Source: Balanoglossus misakiensis (lineage: Eukaryota; Animalia; Hemichordata). From it: DNA of 64,000 bases. The position numbers and the translations under genes are program-made. Below are positions 45,901 to 64,000 of the stretch, one piece after another. The stretch is taken from positions 6,096,166 to 6,160,165 of the forward strand of contig CM082591.2 of the NCBI GenBank assembly GCA_040954595.2, in the 5' to 3' direction. Position 1 is the stretch's first letter. Each line of letters begins with the position of its first letter. The notes beneath the pieces were generated by a model. That model ran no database searches and was not told the DNA's origin. It saw only the letters and a list, made by a program, of their open reading frames with translations.

Positions 45901-48900
45901 AACTCACAGCTGGGAAATCGACTACTGGTGACGTCATCACGGCTAAGGAGAGTAAAGTTTAGAATGACAGGGTGGTCATCCGGTAAAGTGTCATTGAGGG
46001 CGGGGTACACTCCACTGGACAATATGTGGCTGTCAAGGAAACCATTTCTGATGGAGATGGGCAAGAAAATATGATTAAGGAGTCTGCATTTACACAGCAA
46101 TGGCAGCAAAAGTGAATAACACAGAAGTAAATTTCAGATTGATTTCGGAAAACTCAAGGTTCAAGGATACACTACCTGCAAACTAAACTAAACTAAACTA
46201 AACTAAACTAAACTAAACTTTAAACTAAACTAAACTAAACTAGACTAAACTAGACTAAACTAAACTAAACTAAACTAAACTAAACTATCAAAATATCATG
46301 GTGCTCTTATCTGCCCCAAACAACACAACCACGTTCACCTTACCTGTGGTTGGAACGATTGAACAGCATGTCGGTTGTTTTGTACAAAATATTGACAATG
46401 AATCCTTCACCTGCGAGGATGTAATAAGAGATTAGAGGCAATATGATAGTCTAGAATGTAGGTTAAAAAAACTGCAATGTTTAATCGCTGAACAATATCA
46501 TATCACACTATTGTACATACAAAAATACATAGCACGTGATTTTCGCAACTAATTTGGCATTCACGAAAGGCATACGATGCCATACATGGATCATTGTAAA
46601 CTCCCCAAGACGCTCACGATTTGTTCGAACACGTGATTACGACGTATACACCGGTCACATGATCACTTCTCAGCTAGGATTGTTTGCAGCCGCCCCTTTG
46701 CACTTGCAATCACAAGAAAGATGTTGACCTACCGCCACTGAGCACATCAGCGGGCAGAAACAAACTGGCATTGCTGTCGTTGGATCCCGGAAAGTACATG
46801 CCTGTGAAATTCCCAACGATGCTGCTGACCTCAATGAATATACCTGCAAAACACGTGGAGGTAAACTTATTAACAGAAACACTGATGTAGCCACGTGACC
46901 CCAATTAGTATATGTCGGATGCGATCAAACCATTTAAGATATTGGATGAGGTAGTATTATACTGTAAATTTCCTTTACTTAGTAACTTCAATGACTTGCA
47001 TTCTTGTCCAGAAATACAAGAAACCCACCTGGCATTTCGTAACTGAGACTAACAGTATCGTTCGGCAAATAATGGGATTTCATTTCTTCGATCAACTGAA
47101 GACACAGGTTCTCTAACTCAGCAGAAGTGTCCATGCAAATTTCGGGACATGGGACTACCTCTTTCTGAAAGAAAATTTGTATATACTAATTTCTGTCCAT
47201 TGTTATAAACATATTCCATTAGATTTAATATACATATGTATCCGCCACAAGGCAAATGGAATAATGGGTTATTCAAGAAAAGCTGACACGAATTATTGAT
47301 AGCTGACGTTAATATAGCAAAACCCTACCTAAGTTAGCGATAATTCTCCCTGAATTTTTACCACTCACCTAGGTAGCAACCCTACTTAAGTTAGTGAGAA
47401 TTCTCCCTGTAGATACAGGAAATGCATCTGACATACATAGATAGTGTACATTGTGTTATGATTTACCTCCAATCCAGGAGACAGCAAGTTGCCAACAACA
47501 TCATCAAAAACTGCCTGGAATGATTTAGCGACAACCTCGCTTGTTACTGGTCCCTGGGCGATGGCCTCCAGCTCAACAAACTAAAACCCAAATATAATAT
47601 AACCATGAAGCGTGATATCATCGTTGTGGTTTCCGGAATATCAGTTGTAAAACTGGGAATTGTTCTGTGCCTATTGACATCTATGTGTGATGTTTTTGAA
47701 TCAATTTACACAGCGCCGGATGTGATGGATGTAGCTGGTCGGTTGTCTGATCAATATTATTTGTTCATCAACACCGGAACCTCACCTCAACAGTCCATGG
47801 CGACCCGGGGTCAAGGGTCGGACAAGTACGGCTGGTCGATTTCGAAACAATGGCGCACGATGTGAGATGATTTCCTAGAAAGTAACAAGAATAATCAGCC
47901 TAATTTGGAGACAGCTAGAACCACTAATGGCAATTTAACGAGATGTCAGTGCTTTAGGGAACTTATTAAGGCAATTAATAATTTACAAGATTATATCAAT
48001 AACATTTAATTATATCATTAGTAACGCTTAATAGAAAGCATCCTCACCTGCCAGGATTTCAACGTCTTGAATACATCGATAACAGTCACAATAGCTAGTT
48101 GCTATGGCAGCAATATAAATTTTAACAAATAAGTATTTTACAAAATGTTAGTACATACATACATACATACATACATCATACATACATACATACATACATA
48201 CATACATACATACATACATACATACATACATACATACATGCATACATTCATACATACATACATACATACATACATACATACATACATACATACATACATC
48301 GCCCCACAATTTTACATTTATCGTCTTCAAATTCAGTGCACATGATGTTTAATAATGATGAAATACTTACAGTCAGAAAACTGAACATGCTGAGGTCTAA
48401 GAGTAAGATCTTCACTGGTGAATATCGTCTCTGTTTTGGGCAGGGGTAGAAAAGGGAGTTGGTTGTGACACTTTCCTTGGATATTTTTGGCGACTGCCTC
48501 TTACATTACAGAGAGCCTTTGAAGTGAAATGCTATATGGCTAGATCACAAATCACATGGCACATATTGGTTGAAGTGTCATAATTCTCAAAGCTAACACA
48601 GTACAAGTTCACGTTAAAGGCAAAACCGGTCAGGGCAGAATATTGATGTTATGTAAGAAAAATGTTTCAAACGTATTTCGGGTGTTTGGTCACATCAGGC
48701 GACATTTGACGAAAAATCACTTGGCATGCCAGTGAAAAGCTAAGTTTGAAAGATAACACGATAAAAAACTGGCTCGGGCGTAGCCAAATGAGATATTTAG
48801 AACACTTACCAGGATTTGCCACGCCCTCACTTGTAAGGTTTCTTTCGCAACGACAAACATAAAGACCAATAAATCGCAAACACACTGGATCTGATGTGTA

Positions 48901-48983
48901 AACAGTAATTAATGACGCTGTATTATTAACACATGTATGCTCATGTAGCTGTATGTATGTATGTATGTATGTATGTATGTATG

Positions 48984-49014
<31 letters not shown>

Positions 49015-52000
49015 GTAGGTATGTAGGTATGTAGGTAGGTAGGTAGGTAGGTAGGTAGGTAGGTAGGTGTTTTCAAATTCATCAATTGATTGGTTGGTTG
49101 GTTGGCTGGTTGGTCCAGTATAAAGTGAGTCAAAGAGTGTGTCGTTCAAATGCAACATGCAACAATAAAAGAAATAAAATCTTAGTATATAGCGGCTTGT
49201 CAACGGACGTAAGAGATAAGCAATAACGATTACCTTTTATACAACCTTCTGGTCTCCTACAGAGACAATTGTATCGACCAGGTTTGTCTTCACATTTAAA
49301 GAGATCACCACACGGATCCGGATCACAGTAGTTGATATCTAAACAAATGATCAAACTTCAAAGTAAGTACATGTACTATTTGGCGAATTCGGTCAATTGC
49401 GTCAACACACTAGTCTAAGACTAGATTAGACTAGACTCGACTAGACTACGGTATATATTCCTTAGCAAAGGAGCAGGTACGATAATTTCACACTGCATGC
49501 TTGTGTACATCTTCTGGAGGAGGAGAGTGGTATGTGAACATAGCGATGGCTTTAAAACGATAGTATACGGATCATATGAAGTACACAAAGACTGACTGCA
49601 ACGTTTTGTCCTTACCAACGACAAGCAAGTGCATCGTTTGCGACAGAACGGGCCCATGCTCTCCGGCAGAAACCGAACATTCGTAGGGACCGGTATCGCC
49701 GAAGTTAACATTTTCAATAACCAAGTGATAGTCCCGCCAGTCTTGGCCGACGACCGAGAAGCGAGGATCGGCAGAGATGAGATCTCGCTCAGTGCTGATG
49801 GTCTCGTTGTTTCTCGTCCAATTTTGAACACCCCACTTGTCGCGCACGGAACAGTTTATGAAAGCCGTTGCTCCCAAGTCAACCGTGACGTTTGTTGGCT
49901 GAGTGATGAAAGATTGTCTCCCTGTATTTGACAAAAGAGAGGAGAAACTCAAGAATTCGGTGAAACAGTACACGAAGACTATTGCTTAAAAGCATTAGTA
50001 AAGGTTTTCATCCACCATTTTCCTTGCCCCCAATTCCAGTACTGTTAACTTTATCTGCAGTTTCCCTTACTGGTTAATACAGATTGTGTTTAAATATTCT
50101 GAATTATTCGTAGCCTACTGATATTTTTTTTTAAATTTCGTACGATTAAATCTCCCTACACTTTCTCCGTTTTGCTTGGTATCATCCCCAGTCAAATACG
50201 CTTCAATTCGACCAGTGCATGTTTTTTATATTTCCATTTGCATGTCTCCTGAACCCGGGCTTCTGAACAATTCTGGCTACCTTAAATAGATTTTTACTCC
50301 GTGCTAGAGGGTCAAATCACATTATTGTAATTGCATTCTGGGTAAAAGGTCGACAACTCACTGTAGTAACTGTTTGAAGAAATGATAATTATGTTATTGT
50401 ATTTCATGACTTCTTTTAGTCAACAATTTCCGTCTTTGTAGTTACCACATCAAACTCATTCAACATTTCTGACATTTTGTTCTATTTTTCTGTTACACAG
50501 TTTCAGAATGACCCAATATCACTTAAGCTTATGAACTTCCGTTCCACATGGCAACAATCGGCCATCTTGAAATTGTGTCGGCCATATTAGATTTTCATCA
50601 CTCACCTAGGTAGCAAAAACCTATTTAAGGTAGTGGGAATTAACATGGCTTACTTTTCACCGTCAACGTTGCCTTGCGAGAAACGATTTTCGAACTGTCT
50701 CCAGATGCAGTTACTTCACACCAATAAACACCAGTGTCGTACAGCTGCGCGGAAGTAATGCGCAGATAGTACTCGCCCAACGAATGACTACCAACGATCG
50801 ACAGGTTGTCGGTGCCAGCCTCGACCTGAGTATCATTACTGAGCGGCGAGCCATCTTTCCGCCACACGAGGGCGCCTTCTTTATGACTCACTTCACACAG
50901 CAGATCAACAGACGAATTTACTGTGACTGTTTCGCTCGCTGGCTCCTTAACAAAGAACTGGACCTCTAAATTACAAATGAGAACTGGATATATTCCTAAC
51001 TAGAATAAACAAACTTGCATTTGCGATAAAAACTTCCTCAACGTTAACATTTTGCCAAATCGTTTTATTCGTGCATACTTTATAGAATGCACGCTTCCCA
51101 AAAATACGTGACATGACACTTTTGGTGTCGAACAACAACTTTCGACCTACCGATAACGTCCAGCGTAGCAGTCGAGGACAGAATGGGCGAGGTACCGCCG
51201 CCGCTAATAGCACAGATGTACGACCCAGACTCCGAGGCGACCACGTCGTCGATGGTTAGATGGAAGCTGTCGGGGTTGTCGCTCACGGGGCTGATGGCGT
51301 ATCGGGCGTCCGTCGTGGTTCTGTTGTGGGAAATCACCTGGAAGTTCTGAAGCCATTCCACGAACGACGACGCGGGTTCCAGGTCCTGTACACTGCACCG
51401 CAGCGTCACCGTGCTTCCCACTAGGACCCTGGCGCTCTGCGGTTCTTCCAGAAACGAGTTGGCACAAAGCCCTGTTCAGAGAAGCCAGATTTGTGACTTT
51501 ATTCTCTGCAAAAGGCATCTCGCATGCTTAGAACGGTTAATTAAAATATGTCACCTTTCCCTACTGTTACTGTAAATCGCTCTAAGGGTCAGCGAGTCAT
51601 TGGCGAGCACCGTTAAACTGAGTCACGACGATTATGATCTGCCCTCTGTGGAGATTATAAAACCTGTTTTGTTGTGCCATACACATAATACATCTTTAAT
51701 GAAACAAATGGCAGAAAAGACATTGTCCCTTTAATGGTCACGTGCCATCTGGGCAGACACATCGCTACATCACATGATAGTTTCGGGGCCTACACACACC
51801 CTGAACGTCGTAATAATAAAAAAGATAGATTTTACAGCAGACTTCACCGTATCGGCGGTATTTCAGAAAAAAAAGGAACACAAATAAAAGTTGTGTGTTT
51901 CAATGTATATCAGTTTTCAACTCTTGAATAGCTATCGCAAAATGACACGCACTGTCTATTTAACATGAGCGTATCATTTAAGTTTCTTAATATCCTGATA

Positions 52001-53019
52001 TCATGGCTGTGATTGTCATCTTCCTTCAGCTAAACGTATTTGCCACTCCGCAAAGGTCAGTGTTGAATCGAAAAAAAAGATACTTGGCTCGTATTCTGTT
52101 ATCTCGCACGATGATGCGACGACATGTTTGGCAAATTTTTCATTTAATTTCAAATGTCCCCGCAATGTTATTATGTTTGCTGTTGTATCGATGTCTTTTG
52201 GATTGGATCACTAAATTCGTTAGCAGGAACCGCACAGGATATTGAAATCTTCCGGGGACCGCAAATATTACTTACCCAGGGCCCTGGGCAATTGGCCGTC
52301 TCTTACTATAGTCCCGCGGGTGTCAACTATACCCACATATAACACTGGTTACTACAAACGTCGTGTCGTGCTCAAGCTCACAGTGAAAAAGAATTCTCGC
52401 ATTATTAATATCGCACACTGCTGACGTAATAAACGCCGCATAAATTTAGGTTCGTATATGAAATTTCAGATCAATATGGGAAGAGAAAAAAAGCGTTCAA
52501 TTGCAAGTATTCTATGATTTATCAGTCCTTTGGGGAATTTCAAACAGAAGTTCTGTTGCACATGCCTTATGGTCAATACTGATGAGGCAATATTTTGAAT
52601 CGGGATTTACAAATGAATGAATGAATGAATGAATGAATGAATGAATGAATGAATGAATGAATGAATGAATGAATGAATGAATGAATGAATGAATGAATGA
52701 ATGAATGAATGAATGAACGAACGAACGAACGAACAAACGGACGGACGAACGAACGAACGAACGAATGAATGAATGAATGAATGAATGAATATTATACAAT
52801 AACAGTGTAATAAAATTACATATAGTAAGGAAGGTGATTAATAAAAGTCTGCGAAGATTAAAATACATAAAGCTCGTCTTGATTAAGACAAAAGCAGTAA
52901 ATAGCTGAGGTCTTACCTGGTGTTGCCAATGAGACCAGTAAAATTATCGTTGCCGTAAAACGAGTCGTGGCGACACGTGTCAAACGCCCATGTGGGTCAT
53001 CGCTTCTGAAAATGCCCAT
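41722..53019 (-). CDS. Adhesion GPCR with three Ig domains, EGF-like exons, Cys-containing linker, GAIN/GPS and 7TM2, about 1046 aa
   Basis: 23 exons, minus strand 5'->3': 53019-52917, 51471-51151, 50965-50654, 49921-49616, 49338-49234, 48890-48810, 48430-48371, 48101-48048, 47874-47786, 47580-47467, 47164-47029, 46843-46733, 46410-46344, 46047-45880, 45580-45460, 44970-44858, 44476-44377, 43922-43766, 43369-43303, 43126-42974, 42805-42637, 42369-42286, 41871-41722. GPS: CEFWD...GGWNNDGC...CHCFHL|TNFAVLM. 7TM2 motifs: [27 protein letters not shown]...[29 protein letters not shown]. The small linker exons (48890-47786) are the least certain. Confidence 0.87.
42860..42954. repeat. (GAT)n(GGT)n compound trinucleotide repeat, intronic
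   Basis: Visible run between adhesion-GPCR exons. Confidence 0.96.
46178..46287. repeat. (AAACT)n pentanucleotide repeat
   Basis: Visible run. Confidence 0.95.
48153..48299. repeat. (CATA)n microsatellite
   Basis: Visible run. Confidence 0.95.
48950..49068. repeat. (TATG)n(TAGG)n microsatellite
   Basis: Visible run. Confidence 0.95.
52612..52790. repeat. (AATG)n/(AACG)n microsatellite
   Basis: Visible run. Confidence 0.95.
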
Positions 53020-54398
53020 TTCGTTGTTTTTTTGTCGCTGTGAGTGTCAGGCCGGTTCCATTGATTTTTGTCCGACGGGAAAAAATCTGAAAAAGAAGAA
53101 ATCACGGAGTCGTGATGTGATAAGTGATAAAGTAACAAATGAACACTGATATATGAACGCGGATGTGGGTGGACAAATATATTACAACCGCCACTTGGTG
53201 GCGTGACGGCCTCGGAGACGAGCCCAATCACGTTTGGTGCAAATATTTTGCCAGGAACCGCACAGCAAGCAAAACAATCGTCAACAAGAAGCCGCTGCAA
53301 GTTTTAGCTCAATTATTATCAGAGAAGAGAGAACAAAAAAGTGAAATTTTACGTGATAATGAGATGAAAATGTATCTTATAATCTGCGTTCACTAAGACT
53401 ATATTAGAATTTACACGTTGTGTGCTTCGGTCCTGTACAGTTAACCAACTGAAAGTTAAAGCAGCTTTGTACTTGACTTTTCGAGTCTTGCAGTAAAACA
53501 TGAAGTTCATAAGGGGACAGGGGTGATTTTTTTTGAACAAGGACACTAAATGAAATGATAAAATTATCAAGTTGATCTCCATCCATCCGCCATGGAAACC
53601 ACTTTCATTTTCTAGTTTAGAGCAGTTACATACACGAGTCGTTTTACGAGGTTTATGATGATCGACAAGGGAGACAGACAGGCCGAGTTTTCAAATTAAG
53701 CCAGCGAATCGGCAAAGTCTGCATGCGTGGGATGCATATACACGTAAACCGTCATAAAAGGCGGACAGTCATCCAGCCTGTTCCAGAGATCAAATCACTG
53801 AAAATGAATTCTCCAAAGACGAGCAAACTTGCTCCTAAGGCGAGTCAATTTTCACAAAAAACAATGAAATATTACATCAATACTTTGACAGAAAAACAGT
53901 GGTTAGAGATTTGAGTGAATCTGGCCGATTTTTTGCATGATCGACAGAAAACAAAGTTTAAAACCTACCTGTGATGGAAAGGTAAAGCATGTAGTCTAAA
54001 TGTGCATTCGTCAAACAAGTGCGAACCGACCACTTAAGGGTTTTAGCTCTTAACTGTGTGCAACAATGAATGCGTAGTTAAACCTATGGAGGAAACTCTA
54101 ATTAGGACTAGATGTATACATGTAGGCCTAATTTGATTCCAAACTTATTTGTTTTGACTATACTTTTGGGAACAATAAGAAAAAAATCCATTCCACTGTA
54201 CAGGATTGCATTCATCCCAATAGTGACTCGCAAATTCCACGGTGCGAATCCTTATATACTGCGTATACAGCTGGTTCCAATGGAGTTGATGATGCTAGGT
54301 TTGTACAGAGAGCAAGAGAGAGCAAGAGGGAGTGGGGGGGGGGGGAGTGAGAGAGACAGGGGGAGAGGGACAGAGAGAGAGAGAGAGACAGAGAGAGT

Positions 54399-54441
<43 letters not shown>

Positions 54442-54871
54442 CGAAACAAGCAAAGAAACACACACAGTGAAAAATATATACAACCAACTTACCTACATCC
54501 TTCTACTAGTATGTGCAGAAACGTATTCTTAACTCTCACATCTAAATCCGTGGAAAATAAAACGTCCGTCTATTACGACTTTGGCGGTGATTATACAGAC
54601 TACATGCAAGTCAGTGTTTCGCCTCAGAGAACCTGTCGGCGATTGCTGCGAGAATCGTAAAAGGCGTCCATCCGAACAAGCGCGGGCACTTAATTTTGTT
54701 CCCCGAGGGGAAACATTCAAACAGTAGATCAAAAACAAATTAAAAGGTTAGTATCAAAATAAATAAATCAAGACAGCGCAATATTTCTGTCACTGCTTAG
54801 ACTGAAACACAACTGTGCTCATATTTTTACAAGTACCGAAAGTTTTAGTTTTGAGAACAGTAATACTGCAA

Positions 54872-54910
54872 CATACATACATACATACATACATACATAC
54901 ATACATACAT

Positions 54911-55008
<98 letters not shown>

Positions 55009-55206
55009 GAAGTATACGGTTCGACTGGTCCGATCCAAAGTGCTCAATACAAGAGTAGAGCGGAGTATAAAGAAGGGTAGTTTCTCCTACTACCCTTCTT
55101 TATACATACATACATACATACATACATACATACATACATACATACATACATACATACATACATACATACATACATACATACATACATACATACATACATA
55201 CATACA
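54872..55206. repeat. (CATA)n and (CA)n microsatellites
   Basis: Two visible runs, about 54872-55002 and 55103-55206. Confidence 0.95.
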
Positions 55207-56360
55207 ACTGCTGCCGTATTTTTCTTCATAGAGGGGGTAAATTATTGATTTGTTGAAGTCAATAAGAGACGTAATTCCTGAAAATAAACATCAAAAGCTT
55301 TTAAACCCAACTCTCTGGACCTGACCTTTGACCTCAAATCGATTAACATGACAAATAAGCACTTAATATGGGGGTAATAAAATACGATAATGGCAAGCAA
55401 CGAAATGCATTTCTAGGGCAACTTTTTTCACTGCATTAAAATGACTCTCAGAAAGCCCCATTATTCAAGTTACAAATTAGTAACTGTTTGCGTGGTTTTG
55501 CCCGTGGCGTCGTACTCATCAGCCAAAGCTGAAGTATTTTACAAGAAAGTAGTGAGTCAAGTTCTCGTAGGTTGTCTGAAGACTTCAGTTTCAAAATCCA
55601 GCGTCATCATGCATACTGATGATAAAAAAGTAAATGAAAGGATTTGAAGTTAAATTGAACGCATGTTCAAATCACAATACATGCCTTTTTGGTATACATG
55701 TATTGTGAATTGGAATGTTTAACTAATGTTTCTCCCCACTTGCTGGAGCATAACTGAACTTGCGTTTTACGAACCGGTGTCGACAGTTTTAGCCGTTCCA
55801 TGTTGTTTCGGAAAAACAAAACTTTTGGCAACTTTAGTTTTCATGATAATGATTCGTTTTTAATGGTCACTGTACTTCGGGTCGTGCTTTGTATAATTTG
55901 GTTCGTTTGACCGAATCGATTGACATGTGCCTCGAAAATGCGTTCATTTATTTTGAGTTTTGCTCGATCAAATTTTGATGAGTCATCCATAGTAAACATG
56001 TATTTTACCTATGAGTAAAAATAGTAATCTTTCCAGGAATATACTTCCGGGGAAAATAATTTTCTACATATTTTGTAAATATTTTTTTTCTGAAAAAAAA
56101 TACACAATTACGCATTTTGAAGGAGATTTTATTTCATTTTGCATTTTACAAATCGCCAACATTAGCCCACAGAAATGTGATAATAGCTTCTTCGCGTACA
56201 TCCTACCAGTGGAGGCTTTCAATAGAGGGCGCTATATAGTGCAGGGCCCTTTAAAAGCGTCCGCAGCTGTCCGCATGGTAAACAGTTGCACACCGAGCGC
56301 GAGCAACGTGAACCCGGAAGCGTGTCTCCCAAGGACTTCTTTTCAAACAACCGGCCGGCC

Positions 56361-63530
<7,170 letters not shown>

Positions 63531-63737
63531 GTAAGTAAATACAAAAATGGTTTCAATGCAAATGACTTAGTATACTGAAGCAGTCAGTTGCATTCAAGCT
63601 TAACTGGCTGGCTGCTCGTACGGTCGGTCCGTTGATCCGTTGATTGATTGATTGATTAGTTGGTTGACGAAAAATATTGAAGTATTAAACTAGTCGTATA
63701 AACTGAATCAAAATACTGATACATGTAATGACAAAGG

Positions 63738-63741
<4 letters not shown>

Positions 63742-63825
<84 letters not shown>

Positions 63826-64000
63826 CCTCCCTCCCTCCCTCCCTCTCCCTCCCTCCCTCCCTCCCTCCCTCCCTCCCTCCCTCTCTCCCTCTCTCTCTCC
63901 CTCTCTCTCTCTTTCTCTCCCTCTCCCTCTCTCTCTCTCCCTCTCTCTCTCCCTCTCCCTCCCCTCCCTCCCTCTCCCTCCCTCCCTCCCTCCCTCCCTC
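63742..64000. repeat. (CT)n/(CCCT)n polypyrimidine microsatellite
   Basis: Visible run to the window end. Confidence 0.95.

Noticed and set aside
48371-48396. 26-nt microexon alternative in the adhesion GPCR
   Set aside because: It breaks phase with the downstream GAIN exons; the 60-nt exon 48430-48371 keeps the frame.

Overview
AT-rich, intron-containing animal genomic DNA. The gene content and transposon types suggest a marine invertebrate, probably a non-vertebrate deuterostome such as a hemichordate or amphioxus (inference only). Eight protein-coding loci were reconstructed by hand from GT-AG splice sites and reading-frame continuity. In order: the 3' part of a cytosolic sulfotransferase (+); two complete, convergent 12-exon DBH-like copper monooxygenase (MOXD1-like) paralogues; a divergent class A GPCR with a single coding exon (+); a 14-exon NRF-6/acyltransferase-3 membrane O-acyltransferase (+); an intronless RING-B-box-coiled-coil-NHL TRIM gene (-); a 23-exon adhesion GPCR with three Ig domains, EGF-like exons and GAIN/GPS (-); and an intron-rich gene of the mostly bacterial DUF885 family with an intact HExxPGHH...EGW metallopeptidase-like motif (+, runs off the window). 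Introns carry many microsatellites and several MITE families. Two non-coding features stand out. One is a 6 x 136-bp tandem array whose unit, read on the minus strand, is a canonical 79-nt spliceosomal intron plus a 57-nt purine-rich exon, bracketed by 116-bp direct repeats with promoter-like motifs. The other is a minimal type I hammerhead ribozyme inside an intronic insertion flanked by 13-bp direct repeats. All family assignments come from motif recognition; no database searches were run.
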